A stretch of 64,000 nt of DNA. Origin: Octopus sinensis. Lineage: Eukaryota. The stretch covers positions 11,098,001-11,162,000 of the forward strand of contig NC_043021.1 of NCBI RefSeq assembly GCF_006345805.1, read 5' to 3'. The notes under the pieces are model-generated. The model was not told the DNA's origin. It saw only the letters and a program-made list of their open reading frames with translations, and ran no database searches. Of this stretch, positions 1-13,697 are shown piece after piece (the stretch's first letter is position 1; each line of letters begins with the position of its first letter). A program made the translations under genes and the position numbers.

Positions 1-165
1 TGATAATGGTGATGTTAGAAGTGATAATGGTGTTGGTGGTAGTGGTGGTAATGGTGGTGGTGGTGGTAGTAGTGGCAGTAATAGTGACGTTCATGTTGGT
101 GGTAGTGGCACTAGTAGTGATGGCAGTGGTAGTGGTGGCGATGGTGGTGGTAGTGGTGGTGGTGA
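1..165 (+). repeat. Degenerate (GGT/GAT/AGT)n array
   Basis: Direct reading; source of the poly-Val ORF 6..245. Confidence 0.95.
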
Positions 166-170
166 CTCAC

Positions 171-298
171 CTGAGCTGTCTCTTCTGTATGATGGGGTTT
201 GTGACGTCCTCGATTGGCTTCAACTTAACGTGGTTCGCAGACTGACGCATCGTAGACAGGTAATCAGAATGCACCATTTTGATGTCCTCGTGGACGGT
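171..298 (-). CDS. MAPKAPK5: MAPKAPK5 exon (last in window): TVHEDIKMVHSDYLSTMRQSANHVKLKPIEDVTNPIIQKRQL+AG; C-terminal regulatory (NES/NLS) region; gene continues beyond position 1
   Basis: 128 nt, cgtag acceptor and gtgag donor, phase 0 to 2; aligns by eye to human MK5 IQQAHAEQLANMRIQDLKVSLKPLHSVNNPILRKRKL. Confidence 0.9.
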
Positions 299-377
299 CT
301 ACGGCGATAGAATTGACACCGATAAGAAAAACAACAACAACACCAAGAACAAACAAAAACAACAACAAAATATTCAC

Positions 378-775
378 GTGGCTGTGTGGTAAGTAGCATG
401 TTAACCAACCACATGGTTCCGGGTTCAGTCCCACTGCGTGGCACCTTGGGCAAGTGTCTTCTGCTATAGCCCCGGGCCGACCAATGCCTTGTGAGTGGAT
501 TTGGTAGACGGAAACTGAAAGAAGCCTGTCGTATATATATATATATGTGTGTGTGTGTGGTGTGTGTGTTTGTGTGTCTGTGTTTGTCCCCCTAGCATTG
601 CTTGACAACCGATGCTGGTGTGTTTACATCCCCGTCACTTAGCGGTTCGGCAAAAGAGACCGATAGAATAAGTACTGGGCTTACAAAGAATAAGTCCCGG
701 GGTCGATTTGCTCGACTAAAGGCGGTGCTCCAGCATGGCCGCAGACAAATGACTGAAACAAGTAAAAGAATAAAA
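378..775 (+). mobile_element. tRNA-derived SINE family A (~400 bp with central CA/TA microsatellite). Other copies ~5496-5905(+), 11108-11430(+), 13334-13647(-), 32302-32578(-), 42138-42511(-), 44710-45110(-), 45875-46190(+), 48616-49017(+), 53259-53640(-), 53645-54050(-), 57070-57558(+)
   Basis: Head GGCGCAGGAGTGGCTGTGTGGTAAG (A box) ... GGTTCAGTCCC (B box); conserved body; (AAAGAGT)n-like tail; many dispersed copies. Confidence 0.85.
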
Positions 776-839
776 GAAAGAATAAAGAACAATCCAGGCA
801 GTAACAATAACAATAACAATTGCCACAATCTTAACTTAC

Positions 840-957
840 CTTGTTGGCTATTATGCACGGAGACTGAAGAATGGTGTCTGGAGCATTCTCATTCAGCCAT
901 AGAGTTTGCTCCAGCTGGCCAACGGTCATTCTTTGGGCAGGATCAACATGTAGCAAG
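840..957 (-). CDS. MAPKAPK5: MAPKAPK5 exon: (S)LLHVDPAQRMTVGQLEQTLWLNENAPDTILQSPCIIANK (kinase subdomain XI)
   Basis: 118 nt, ttattcag acceptor, gtaagt donor, phase 2 to 0; matches LLKVKPEERLTIEGVLDHPWLN..DNVLPSAQ. Confidence 0.92.
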
Positions 958-1033
958 CTGAATAAAGGCAAAAAAAAAAAAAAAAGAAAAAAGAAAAATG
1001 AAAAAAAAGAAGGGTGACTGCTTGCATCACCAA

Positions 1034-1092
<59 letters not shown>

Positions 1093-1692
1093 CCACCACC
1101 ACCACCATCACCATCATCATCATCATCATCATCATCATTTAACATCCAATTTTCCATGCTGGCATGGGTTGGATGGTTCGACATGGAGCTAGCCAGGTAT
1201 AACACTGCACCAGACTTCACTATCTGTTTTGGAATGGTTTTTGTGGCTGGATGGCCATGTAAAAAAAAAAAAAAACCCCAAAAAACAAATATAAGTTGGG
1301 TGAGTGCAGTAACAGAGGTGGTGGTGGTGGTGGGTTTTGTTGCTGCTGCTGGTGAGAATGGCGGTGATGCCAGTGGTGTTGGTGACTGTGGTGGTAGGAG
1401 AAGGGCAAATATGGTGGTGGTAGGTGATGATAATGCTGCTGCTGCTGATGATGATGATGATGATAGTGGGAGTCTAGGACATTTATTCCCCATGGACAAT
1501 ACCCCACCCCCAAGGACAACAGATAGTAATAATTTAAAACTTCTTAATATATTGGAGAGGGGGTATTTAACCAGGGTGTGTGTGTGTGGAATGGGGGGAG
1601 GGTAATTGTCCTATGGGGGGAATTGTCCTGATAGATAGTGGGTGATAGCAAGAGTAATGGTGGTTATGTTAAGAGAATATACAACCACTGTG

Positions 1693-2620
1693 AAGGTAGT
1701 GGTGGTGGTGATGTTGGTGGTGGTGTTGGTGGTGGTGGTGGTGATATTGGTGGTGGTGTTGGTGGTGTTGGTGGTGGTGGTGATGTTGGTGGTGGTGATG
1801 GTGGTGGTGGTGATGGTGGTTATGTTTGTGATGGTGGTGATGTTGGTGGTGGTGATGTTGGTGGTGGTGTTGGTGGTGGTGGTGTTGGTGGTGGTGGTGA
1901 TATGGTGGTGGTGTTGGTGGTGTTGGTGGTGGTGGTGATGTTGGTGGTGGTGATGGTGGTGGTGGTGATGGTGGTTATGTTTGTGATGGTGGTGATGTTG
2001 GTGGTGGTGTTGGTGGTGGTGGTGTTGGTGGTGGTGATGTTGGTGGTGGTGTTGATGGTGGTGGTGATGTTGGTGTTGGTGGAGGTGGTGATGGTGGTGG
2101 TGGTGATGGTGGTGGTGGTTATGTTGGTGGTGGTGGTGATGGTGGTGGTAGTGGTTATGTTGGTGGTGGTGATGTTGGTGGTGGTGATGGTGGTGATGTT
2201 GGTGGTGGTGATGTTGGTGGTGGTGATGGTGGTGGTGATGTTGGTGGTGGTGATGGTGGTGGTGGTGATGGTGGTTATGTTGGTGGTGGTGGTGATTATG
2301 GTGGTGATGGTGGTGGTTCTGTTGGTGGTGGTGGTTATGTTGATGGTGGTGATGTTTGGTGATGTTGGTGGTGATGTTGGTGGTGGTGATGTTGGTGGTG
2401 GTGATGGTGGTTATGTTGGTGGTGGTGGTGATTATGGTGGTGATGGTGGTGGTTCTGTTGGTGGTGGTGGTTATGTTGATGGTGGTGATGTTGGTGGTGG
2501 TGATGTTGGTGGTGGTGATGTTGGTGGTGGTGATGTTGGTGGTGGTGATGTTGGTGGTGGTGATGGTGGTGGTGGTTACGTTGGTGGTGGTGGTGATGGT
2601 GGTGGTGGTTATGTTGGTGG
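1693..2620 (+). repeat. ~930-bp degenerate (GGT/GAT/GTT)n array with higher-order repeats, in an MK5 intron
   Basis: Direct reading; generates poly-Gly/Val/His/Thr ORFs in several frames. Confidence 0.95.
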
Positions 2621-2647
2621 TATCTCTCCTCAAATTATACGACTTAC

Positions 2648-2835
2648 CTCTGTACAATGTCCTTAGCCGAATTTGAGATGAACTCCCAGTCCTGTTCTGG
2701 GAAGTCGTACTGACCAGTGAGGATTTTCCGACGCATTGCCAAGCTTAGGGGACGCGAGGGAGTTTCTGAGTAAAACGGGGGATAACCACACAACATTATA
2801 TACAGGATCACTCCAAGACTCCACATATCACAACT
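2648..2835 (-). CDS. MAPKAPK5: MAPKAPK5 exon: [62 protein letters not shown] (subdomains IX-X)
   Basis: 188 nt, tacag acceptor, gtaagt donor, phase 0 to 2; canonical CAMK-group [19 protein letters not shown] motif. Confidence 0.97.
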
Positions 2836-3441
2836 CTGTATTTAACAAAGAAGGCAGATGATTAAAGATTAACGACTGTAGTTGAGTGATTGAAAAAATG
2901 GTTTGAAACTTATCTAGGTAGTCTGGTATGTATATATATAAAATATGAATTAGAGATAAAACCACCATTATGCAACTCAAACAGTGATAGACATAAACCA
3001 ATACATAAATAACAAATAATATAACTACAATTAATATAAAATATAATATATATATATATAAATATTAGCAATGATACAGAGGAACAGGGCCATGAAGACA
3101 GGATGGAGGAGTGAAAACAAGGCATAGTGTATAAAGGTTTCTTCCGCAGGGCCCACTAGATCCAGTCTTAACATGCAGAAGGTAGGCAAGCTCTAAAAAT
3201 ATGCTAATTTACCCATAGCAGGGATCCTAAGAGGTGCCACTACACAGGGTCAGAGAAGACCTCAGAACAAATAGTGGCGAACAGGGGTAGTTCCACACTA
3301 CTCGAAAACTTGGAATTTCCAAATGAAGGATCCACCACCGGATGCAGTTTGAAGTCATACCCAGGACAGTAAATATGCATACATGCACACACATGTGGGG
3401 GGGGGGGGAGAGAGGGAGAGAGAGAGAGAAAATCTGCTTAC

Positions 3442-3519
3442 CTTGTCATACATACATGGCTTTGAGGTCTGTATAATACCATGTTTTATCTGGTTCTGGA
3501 ACAAGTAAGCTTCTAATAC
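3442..3519 (-). CDS. MAPKAPK5: MAPKAPK5 exon: VLEAYLFQNQIKHGIIQTSKPCMYDK (MK5-specific insert after subdomain VIII)
   Basis: 78 nt, atcag acceptor, gtaagc donor, phase 0-0; matches human VLEAQRRHQKEKSGIIPTSPTPYTYNK; not in the ORF track in this frame. Confidence 0.9.
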
Positions 3520-4290
3520 CTGATACAGATACAAAGAAAGAAAGAAAGAATGAATGAATGAATAAATAAATAAATAAATAGTAAAGACCCACTTTGGTCA
3601 TGAATGACCGTGGGATTGCACCTATGAAGTTCTCCGACAAAGCACAATCCCAGGCAAAGCTATTTTATGGAAGACCAGCAGTCGCCCATGCATACCAGCC
3701 TCTCCTCTCCATGCCGCTGATGTTATCCAAGGGAAAGGCAAAGGGCCCGATACAGCTTGGCACCTGTGATGCTGCAACTCATTTCTACAGCTGAGTGAAC
3801 TGGAACAACGTGAAATAAAGTGTCTTGCTCAAGAACACAACACACAGCAAGACACTTCATTTCACAGAAATAAATGGATGAATGGATGGATGCATACATA
3901 CATAGATATCAGCCTCATCATCATTTAATATCCACTTTTCTATACTTGCCTGGGGCAGACAGAGTTTATTTATGGCAGATTTTTCTCTGGCTGGATGCCC
4001 TTCCAGTCACCCACCCTCGCCTCTTTCCGAGCAAGGTAATACTTCCAGATGGCCAGACATGTTTTTGCAGAATATTGGAAATGAATGACATTGCTTGTAT
4101 TCTTTTATTCTTTTACTTATTTCAGTAATTTGACTGTGGCCATGCTGGAGCACCACCTTTAGTCGAACAAATCGACCGCAGGACTTATTCTTTGTAAGCC
4201 TAGTACTTATTCTGTTGGCCACTTTTGCCGAACCGCTAAGTTGCGGATATTGATGGTAATGTGCACAAAATATATGATATAAAATAACTA

Positions 4291-4437
<147 letters not shown>

Positions 4438-4517
4438 TTATTTAGATCAGTTGTGTCTCAACCATCTTTTGATCCCTATTTTATTCAGATTGCCCCTCCA
4501 GGCCATTTGATGTTTAA

Positions 4518-4928
4518 TCCTTCAGCATTTAATCCAGCCCTAAATGGTGCAAATATTCTACCTGTTTTATGTAAAAAGAAAATGGCCAGATCCAGCCTCT
4601 CACGCCTACCCTACAATGTCATTGTCAAAATGTACAAACACACTACTGAAATCTTTAAGGTACAAGATAATGCATGATTAATTCAAGACAATGTGAATGA
4701 TAAAAAAAAGCAATACATTTGACAAGGAAATCTGAATGCTGAAGGGTTAATGTTTAAGCTAACCAGATCCAACCTCTCACACCTACCCTACGATGTCAAT
4801 CTAAAAATATACAAACACACCATTGGAATCTTATAGCTACGAGATAATGTGTGATTGATTCAAGACAATGTGGATAATAAAGCAGTACATTTGACAAGGA
4901 AATCTGAATGTTGCATCTTGCTGGTTAA
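4518..4928. mobile_element. piggyBac-like MITE (4518-4746, TTAA flanks) plus a tandem partial second copy (4751-4928)
   Basis: TTAA-tccttcag...ctgaaggg-TTAA; ~170 bp internal segment repeated directly; related to 10327-10546 in reverse. Confidence 0.6.
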
Positions 4929-6369
4929 CCCTGAGAATTATGCAAGTGATTGTGAGATACTCAGCCACTTCATATGTTAATTCAAGTAGTTGGTCATTCA
5001 ATTGGTCAAACAAGTAGTTGGTCATTCAGTTGGTTAAAAAACATATTCTTTTCCTTTTACTTGTTCCAGTTATTAGACTGTGGCCATGCTGGGGCACCAC
5101 CTAGAAGGGTTTTTAGTCGAACAAATCAACCCCTGCACTTATTCTTATTTCTTTATTGCCCACAAGGGGCTAAACATAGAGAGGACAAACAAGGACAGAC
5201 AAAGGGATTAAGTCGATTACATTGACCCCAGTGCGTAACTGAGATGAAAGGCAAAGTTGACCTTGGCGAAATTTCAACCCAGAATGTAACGGCAGATGAA
5301 ATGCTGTAAGCATTTCGTCCGGCGTGCTAACGATCTGCCAGTTCTTATTCTATCAGTCCCTTTTGCCAAACTGCTAAATTACAAGGACATAAACAAACCA
5401 ACACCGGTTGTCAAGCAGTTGTGGGAAACGAACATAGACACAAAGACACACATATACATTTATTATTATTAGATTGTATTATTATCTGTTGTTGAGGCGC
5501 AGGAGGGGCTGTGTGATAAGCCACTTGCTTACCAACCACATGGTTCCTGGTTCATTCCCACTGCGTGGCACCTTGGGCAAGTGTCTTCTGCTATAGCCTT
5601 GGGCTGACCAAAGCCTTGTGAGTGGATTTGGTAGACGGAAACTGGAAGAAGCCCGTCGTATATATGTATGTATATATATGTGTGTATATGTTTGTGTGTC
5701 TATGTTTGTCCCCCCACCATTGCTTGACAACCGATGGTGGTGTGTTTACGTCCCCCGTAACTTAGCGGTTCAGAAAAAGAAACTGATAGAATAAGTACTG
5801 GGCTTACAAAGAATAAGTCCTGGGGTCGATTTACTCGACTAAAAGGCGGTGCTCCAGCATGGCCGCAGTCAAAAGACTGAAACAAGTAAAAGAGTAAAAA
5901 GAGAAAGAGATTAGTGTAAAATTGTTTCTATCATAACTGGACATAAAAACACGGGCTTTTTTCAGTTTCTGCCTTCCAAATTCACCCAGAAGGCTTTGGG
6001 TCAGCCCGGGTCTATTGTAAAAGATATTTGCCCAAGTTTCCATGTAGTGGGACTAAACCTGCGAAAATGCGATTGGGAAGCAAGCCTCTAACCACACGGC
6101 CACACGCAATGTAACACAAGGGAGATAACAATTTATGAAGTTTCTATTACGAGTTACCCCCCTTCACCTGCGTATCTTGTATTTCCCTACAGATCACCAA
6201 CCCATATTTGAAGTATGATAAAGTTTTGTGTCATTTCACCTCGTCAAACTTTCTAGAGGTACACTTGATAATTGTAATGCATTACATGAAGCCAATGGCA
6301 GCATTTTATATCCACAAATGGAAGAAAATATTTATACACCAAATCTGGTGTGTGTGTGTGTTATTGAGT

Positions 6370-6945
6370 ATCATCATCATCATCATCATCGTTTAACGTC
6401 CGTTCTCCATGCTAGCATGGGTTGGACGGTTCGACCGGGGATCTGGGATACCAGAAGGCTGCACCAGGCTCCGGTCTTATCTGGCAATGTTTCTACAGCT
6501 GGATGCCCTTCCTAACGCCAACCACTCTGTGAGTGTAGTGGGTGCTTTTTACGTGCCACCTGCACTGGTGCCAGGCGAGGCTGGCATCAGCCACGGTCGG
6601 ATTGGTGCATTTTACGTGCCACCTGCACGGAAGCCAGTCAAGGCGGCACTGGCTTCAGCCACGATTCGGATGGTGCTTTTTACGTGCCACCGACACGGAA
6701 GCCAGTCGAGGCGACGCTGGCATCGGCCACGATTCGGATAGTGCTTTTTACGTATCTCCAGTCCAGGGGTCCTGGCATCTGCCGGGTGCCAGTCATAGGA
6801 TTGGTTCAATTTCGATTTCACTTGCCCCAACAGGTCTTCGCCAACAAAGAGGGGTTGGCATAGGTGCCTGTCATCGGATGAGGTTCGATATCGACTTCGC
6901 TTGCCTCAACAGGTCTTTGTGTGTCCAAGGGAGGAAAGGCATGCA
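6370..6945 (-). mobile_element. RTE LINE 3' UTR fragment in an MK5 intron. Other copies: ~1137-1260(-), 8290-8635(+), 9480-9870(+), 14317-14665(-), 17994-18162(-), 56085-56545(-), 62935-63370(+)
   Basis: Same sequence as the 3' UTR of 58372-59400, with (CAT)n/(GAT)n tails. Confidence 0.85.
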
Positions 6946-7136
6946 TGTACACAATAACACTATAAAATGGTCAAAACTTTTTTCACAGGAACTTAGTTTG
7001 ATTTGAAAACCCCACTAGAATGGGAGAAAGCACTAATATATGATCTAAGTTATATGATGTATAAAAACATGTAATATACAAATAAATATCTGTAAATATA
7101 AAACCATCCGAATTTCTGAGTACTTCATTTCTTCTA

Positions 7137-7185
<49 letters not shown>

Positions 7186-7206
7186 AAAATACTGAAAAAA
7201 TCTTAC

Positions 7207-7296
7207 AGCAGAATTGTCTTTTAGCAGCAGGTTTTCAGGTTTCAAATCCCTGTGTGCTATATTTTGACTGTGGCATCTTTTGATGGCAGAGGTGAT
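7207..7296 (-). CDS. MAPKAPK5: MAPKAPK5 exon: [30 protein letters not shown] (catalytic loop)
   Basis: 90 nt, gacag acceptor, gtaaga donor, phase 0-0; HRDLKPEN intact. Confidence 0.97.
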
Positions 7297-9163
7297 CTGT
7301 CAAAGAAAACAATGTTAAACAACAAAAAAATTTTTAAAAAGGCCAATAACAACAACAACAATAATAATAATCCTACTATAGGTAGAAAGGGCTGAAATTT
7401 TGGGGGATGGGGGTAAGTTGATTACAATGACCCCAGTATTCAACTGGTATGTAATTTATTGATCCTGAAAGGGTAAACGGCAAAGTTGGCCTCAGAGGAC
7501 TTTGAACTGAGAATGTAAGGTTGAACTAAAAAAAAAAAATAATAATAATAATAATAAATGCCCTGATGCAGTACCAGGCAGTGGCTCTCGTGGCTTTTGA
7601 TCTTAACTGATTGGAAGCGTTATCATGTACATTGTTTTGTCTTGGTATAAAAGATGAGCTATAGCAAATATTCTGCTCAATACCACAGATTTGCTTGTCA
7701 GTTGCTTAACCAGTTGAGCATGTCCCTTAGTGGCTGACGATATGTGCATCTCTGATCACAAGCAGAAGTGGTGGGGGAGAATCATAGTCATATGTTGAAA
7801 GGAATTCTTTGGGGTTTCGATAACTCACCTCTGGAAACATGGGCGTTTTGCTCATCATCCTTAAACAACCCTTATCCAGGGCCCTTTTAAGTGGGATGGA
7901 CTACTCGACCTGAAAAAATTCTAACTGAGCCCCACCTGCAAGGTCCATGCACTGTATATCTTGATATGAGATCACCATGTCATGCACATATGGTTGAGAT
8001 GCATGTGACCGGTGTACCTTTATCAGATAGGTAGTCAAGATGGGTATACTGGGCTTTGTATATTTGTACCCCAGTGTTACTTTAATAGATAATGATAAAA
8101 ATAATAATAATTGGTTACAATTTATACTAAGAAATGAAGGATTGGGAAGTACAAAAATAATACCATGTGTACAATGAAAATAGTGAAAATTTACAATAAT
8201 CAATTTTTATATTACATGAAAATTATTTATCCCAGAAAAAAAAAAGTAAGGCATGCAGTGTATGCATTGCCTGCATACATCCTTCCCCACTGGTGTTTGT
8301 GTGTATGTATGTAAAAAGCACCCAGTACACTCTTAAGTGGTTGGCATTAGGAAGGGCATCAAGCCGTAGAAACCACGTCACAACAGACAGCTGGAATCTA
8401 GACAGCTCTCTGCTCGTCAGCTCCATTTCAAACTGTCCGATCCATGCCAGCATGGAAAAAGGATGCTAAACGATGATGAGTGGTTGGTATTAGGAAGGGC
8501 ATCCAGCTGTAAAAACCCTGCCAAAAACAGACACAGTAGCCTGGAATTGTCTTCTACCTGGCCAGCTTCTGTCGAATCATCCAACCCATGCCAGCATGGA
8601 AGATGGACGTTAAAGGATGATGATGATGATGATACACAGGGTGTGGCAGAAGTAACACTCTTTCTCATTTGTACTTTCTTCATAGTCTTCTACTTAGTAC
8701 ATACATACACACATATACATATATATATATATATATACATCTACATACATATATATGTACACATCTACATACATATGTACATATATATACCTACATATAT
8801 ATATATACATCTACATACATATATACATATACCTACATATATATATATATATACATCTACATACATATACCTACATATATATACATATACCTACATATAT
8901 ATATATATACACATATATACACATATACATACATATATACTCATACATACATACACATATACATACATACATATATATATACACACATAACATATATATA
9001 CAAAACATATACATATTATACATAACATATACACACCCATATATATGTATATACATACACATGAACACACACAATAGATACAAATGAACAAACACACACA
9101 CAATATATACATATTACCACACAAGCACACACACACACAACATACACATGAACACACACATAC

Positions 9164-9272
9164 CTGTTTTAAATAAAAGGTGGCTCTTTTCTCTGTGAAA
9201 CATCTTTCTCTGCTGATTCGGTCAAATAACTCTCCTCCCTCCATCAATTCCATTATCATTAAGAGACGAGGT
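9164..9272 (-). CDS. MAPKAPK5: MAPKAPK5 exon: (K)PRLLMIMELMEGGELFDRISRERCFTEKRATFYLKQ (subdomain V)
   Basis: 109 nt, ttttcag acceptor, gtatgt donor, phase 2 to 0. Confidence 0.96.
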
Positions 9273-10326
9273 CTGAAAATAATATAATCAAGCAATTAGC
9301 TAATTAAGTACCACACACAAATAAAACAAAAAGAATGATAATTGAAATCGTTATAATCTCAAGATTTATTTTACAGTTTCGAACACCTAACCTGCCCAGT
9401 CTGCTGTATGCTGTTGTTGTTGTTATTGTAGTTGTTGTTGCTGCAATCATTATTGTTTTGGGCCTCACGGGAGCAATGTCCGATGCCAGTGTCACATAAG
9501 TGGCACCTTTGCTGGTGGCGCATAAAAAGCACCTTTCGAGCGTTGGGCCTCACAGAGGCAATGACACATGACTGAGACCTTTTGGTAATGTGCCATGCTT
9601 GAGAAGAAGACCCATGAAGCTAAGTGAAATTGTAGTCGCGGCTGATACTGGGGTCACGCAACTGGCACCCATGCTGGTGGCAAATAAAAGCACCCATTGC
9701 ACTCTCAGAATAGTTGGCGTTTGGGAAGGGCAACCAGTTGTAGAAAACCATGCCAAATCAGACCGGAGTCTGGTACAGCCCCTCAGCTTACCAGCCCTGG
9801 TCAAACCATCCAGCCCATGCCCAGCATGGACAACGGACGTTAAATGATAACGATGATGATGATGATGCTTGCTTGATGAGACTGAGATCATTCCAAGTTA
9901 GTGGTCCCAGAGCCATCATCATGCATAAAGTAGACCAGTGCTATCCATCACTGACAGTCCTGTGCCAGCCCCTTTGTATACTCCAAGGTGATGTTAAGCC
10001 TCTGGAGATCTTCCCCAACCATGTCCAGCCATATGATGTGATGTCATCATCTTCATCATCAGCCTTCATCCATCTTTGAGCTGTCCTCATTCACTTGAAA
10101 TACAAAGCTTCTCAAACACAATAACGGTTCTTGCAGTTTTATATTTGAGATTCCAAACAACGACCACCAATATTATTTCGACCGTCTCAAAGAACACCCA
10201 AGACAACAAAGAGCCTAGCAGCCACATACGATGTTAGCAGTAAGTGGAATTGCTGAGATTGTCACAGATGGATAACCAAAGCCAAAAGCAGGCCAGTCAG
10301 TGTTGTATGCAGAAGTTCTCTCTTAA

Positions 10327-10546
10327 CCCTTTAGTGTTCACATTATTCTGCCAAAATTAATCCTTTTTTATCCCCATTGTTTTGAACTAATCAGGCATTA
10401 TGTTGTAGCTTTGAGATTTTGATGAGGTAGCTGTTAATTTTTAAAATGATATTATAGGTTGGTGTGAGAGACCAGATCTGGTTAGTTTGAACATAAAACA
10501 GGCAGAGTACTTTTGGCCGGATATGGCCAGTTTAAATGCTAAAGGG
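10327..10546. mobile_element. piggyBac-like MITE, 220 bp
   Basis: TTAA TSD on both sides; TIR CCCTTTAG/CTAAAGGG. Confidence 0.75.
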
Positions 10547-11896
10547 TTAAGTTATGGCTACCTATCTTCATATGAAGAGGGAGGAAGAGGATATTGGAGA
10601 TGCTTTGACAAAGGGATGACTATATCTAAAGGCTAAGTACCTTTCTAAGTGCTTATGTCACTGCATCAGTTGAAGTGGTTAACAATAGTAAAGGAAAGAA
10701 AAGTTACTCCAACAGAAGCCATTCCACTCACACTTGACAAAATGAATAATGAAGTACTAATTTAATTTATCTACTTAGGACAAATTAAAACATATATTCT
10801 TTTCTACCCTAGGTACAAGGCTCGAAATTTTTAGGGAAGGGGGCTAGGTGATTAGATTGACCCCAGTATGCAATTGGTACTTAATTTATCGACCCCAAAA
10901 GGATGAATGCAAAGTCAACTTTGGTGGAATTTGAACTCAGAACATAAAGACAAATGAAATACTGTTCAGCATTTCGCCTGGCATACTAACGTTTCTGCCA
11001 GCTCGCCACCTTAAATTAGAACATATTCAGCTTACGTACCAACCACAAGGGGGATAAATATTACGTCTCAGTATTAATACTGCCTCTGTCGCTTAAATAT
11101 AATCAGCGAGTGGCTGTGTGGTAAGTAGCTTGCTTACCAACCACATGGTTCCGGGTTCAGTCCCACTGCGTGGCACCTTGGACAAGTGTCTTCTACTATA
11201 GCCTCAGGCTGACCAAAGCCTTGTGAGTGGATTTGGTAGACAGAAACTGAAAGAAACCTGTCGTATGTATATGTATATATATATATATATATACATACAT
11301 ATGTGTGTATGCCTGTCCCCGTAACATAGCGGTTTAGCAAAAGATACCGATAGAATAAGTACTGGGGTCAATTTGCTTGACTAAAGGCGGCGCTCCTCAT
11401 GGTCACATTCAAATGACTGAAAGAAGTAAAAAAGAGTATATATATATATATATACAATGGGCTTCTTTCAGTTTCTATATACCAAATCCACTCACAAGGC
11501 TTTGGTCATCCCAAGGCTATGGGAGAAGACACTTCCTCACAAGGTGCCATGCAGTAGGATTGAACCCAGAATGATGTGGTTGAGAAGCTAGCTTCTTGCC
11601 ACACAGCCACATCTGTGCCTCTCCACAAAGTATTTTAACAATTTTTATTATATGATTCCTAATAATATTTGATTGTAAAAAATATACGATTTTTAAAACA
11701 CTGACTGGCTCTGGGGTCCACCTGAGTAAAACAGAAACCAAAAGGGTCCATAGATACAAAAAAGAAAAATTGGTTGAGAAGCACTGCTCTAGAAATTTCT
11801 AAAATGATATTCTAGATAGTTTGCCTTTGGTCATTGTCATCATGAGTCAGGAGGATCAAGGTTGACCTAGGGCTAAAACAACAATAAAAGACTTAC

Positions 11897-12070
11897 TTGG
11901 GATGACATTCTCCTGGGAACTGGATGTTGTTCACATAGACATCGTAGACGGTCACGATATGTGGGTGATTGCTACACAGGATGTGAATCTTCGCTTCTGT
12001 CCTGGTTTGTAGGCAATCTGGGAGACACTTGACGGCAAACCTCTCTGACGTTGCCTTTTTCTTACACAAC
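11897..12070 (-). CDS. MAPKAPK5: MAPKAPK5 exon: (R)LCKKKATSERFAVKCLPDCLQTRTEAKIHILCSNHPHIVTVYDVYVNNIQFPGECHP (catalytic Lys, alphaC Glu)
   Basis: 174 nt, ttgtag acceptor, gtaagt donor, phase 2-2; the VQFPxE insert is typical of MK5. Confidence 0.95.
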
Positions 12071-13644
12071 CTACAAGACACACATACCAACTGTTTAGAA
12101 TGAAAATTTCAAATTATTTGTAAATAAATGGAATTTCACAAGAAACAAATCTGGAATTAATAATAATAACAATAATCCTTTCTACTAGAGGCACAAGACC
12201 TGAAATTTTTTTTTGGGGGGACTAATTGATTACATTGACCCAAGTGTTTCACTACTATTTAATTTATCGACCCCAAAAGGATTTGAACTCAGAACATAGG
12301 CGTAGGAGTGGCTGTGTGGTAAGTAGCTTGCTTACCAACCACATGGTTCCTGGTTCATTCCCACTGAGTGGCACCTTGGGTAAGTGTCTTCTACAGGAAA
12401 TAACACTTACTGACCAAAAGCAAAAAAGAAAAAAAATTGTTACATAGTGTAACATATGGCCACAGAGACATCGACCTTGGTGGAATTTGAACTCAGAATA
12501 TAAGAACAGACAGAATGCTGCTAAGCATTTTGCCTAGCATGCTATCAGTTCTGCCAGCTTGTCACCCTGGCTTGATTAGTAAAAATAATAAACTGCACCA
12601 ATTGGCCAGATATTATCATTAAAAATTTTTTAAATAAAACTTGCCAATTCACTGATATGACTATACTGTCTGATAAAAATGTATCTGCAAAAGAATGCGA
12701 AATAAAAAGTCCTAGAAATTGAGATTAGCAAAATATGGCAATTGAAGACACAAACAACCCCAGTTGTTGTAACTGATGTGATTGGAATCATAAAGAATGG
12801 TCTAAATCAGCTTCATGGAAAAACATCCCTGGTAAATTCTTATAACTGGTATCCCAGAATCCCTCACATCAATGAATCAAGTGTATTATGAACACAGTCA
12901 TCCTAATAAGGACAAGCTGTTTTCATGTGACGTACACAACAACGATTAGCATATCTGTGTTTGAATCTGCCAGAAGGAATTGAAAATAAACAAGCAAGTC
13001 ATCGTTTCAGATCTCAATTTACACAGTGCAAATAACAATTTACTATTTAAATTTACAATTCCTATATAGTGAGTCCTAATTAATTTGATATCTTTTTATA
13101 GCTACATCATGCTGTGAAGTGCTAGGATTACATAGAAAGATCTGCACCAGATATCTGGTTGACACTCAGCTGGGACTGTCAAATGAATCAATATCACAAT
13201 AAATTAATAATAATAATAATAATAATAATGATAATAATAATAATAAAAATAATAATAATGATAATAATAATGATAATAATAATAATAATCCTTTCTACAA
13301 TAGGCACAAGGCCTGGAGTATGGGGGAGAGGGGAAGCCTAGTACTTATTCAATCGGTCACTTTTGCCGAACCGCTAGGTGACGGGAACATAAACACACCA
13401 GCATCGGTTGTCAAGCGATGTTTGGGGGACAAACACAGACACACAAACACATATACACACATACATATATATACATATATACGACGGGCTTCTTTCAGTT
13501 TCCGTCTACCAAATCCACTCACAATGCTTTGGTCGGCCTGAGGCTATAGTAGAAAACACTTGCCCAAGGTGCCATGTAGTGGGACTGAACCCTGAACCAT
13601 GTGGTCGGTAAGCAAGCTACTTACCACACAGCCACTCCTACGCC

Positions 13645-13697
<53 letters not shown>

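Noticed and set aside
1611-2666. Long overlapping ORFs (348 aa poly-Thr/His, 342 aa poly-Gly/Val)
   Set aside because: Products of a trinucleotide array inside an MK5 intron. Intron retention in the MK5 frame hits TAA immediately (AG|GTAA).
8463-9295. YIYI/HTHT-type ORFs here and at 17.6-18.6, 32.4-33.4, 37.9-38.8, 42.4-43.2 and 50.9-51.4 kb
   Set aside because: Stop-free frames of TA, CA, TACA and GATA microsatellites with no coding signal. Only 9164-9272 is a real exon.
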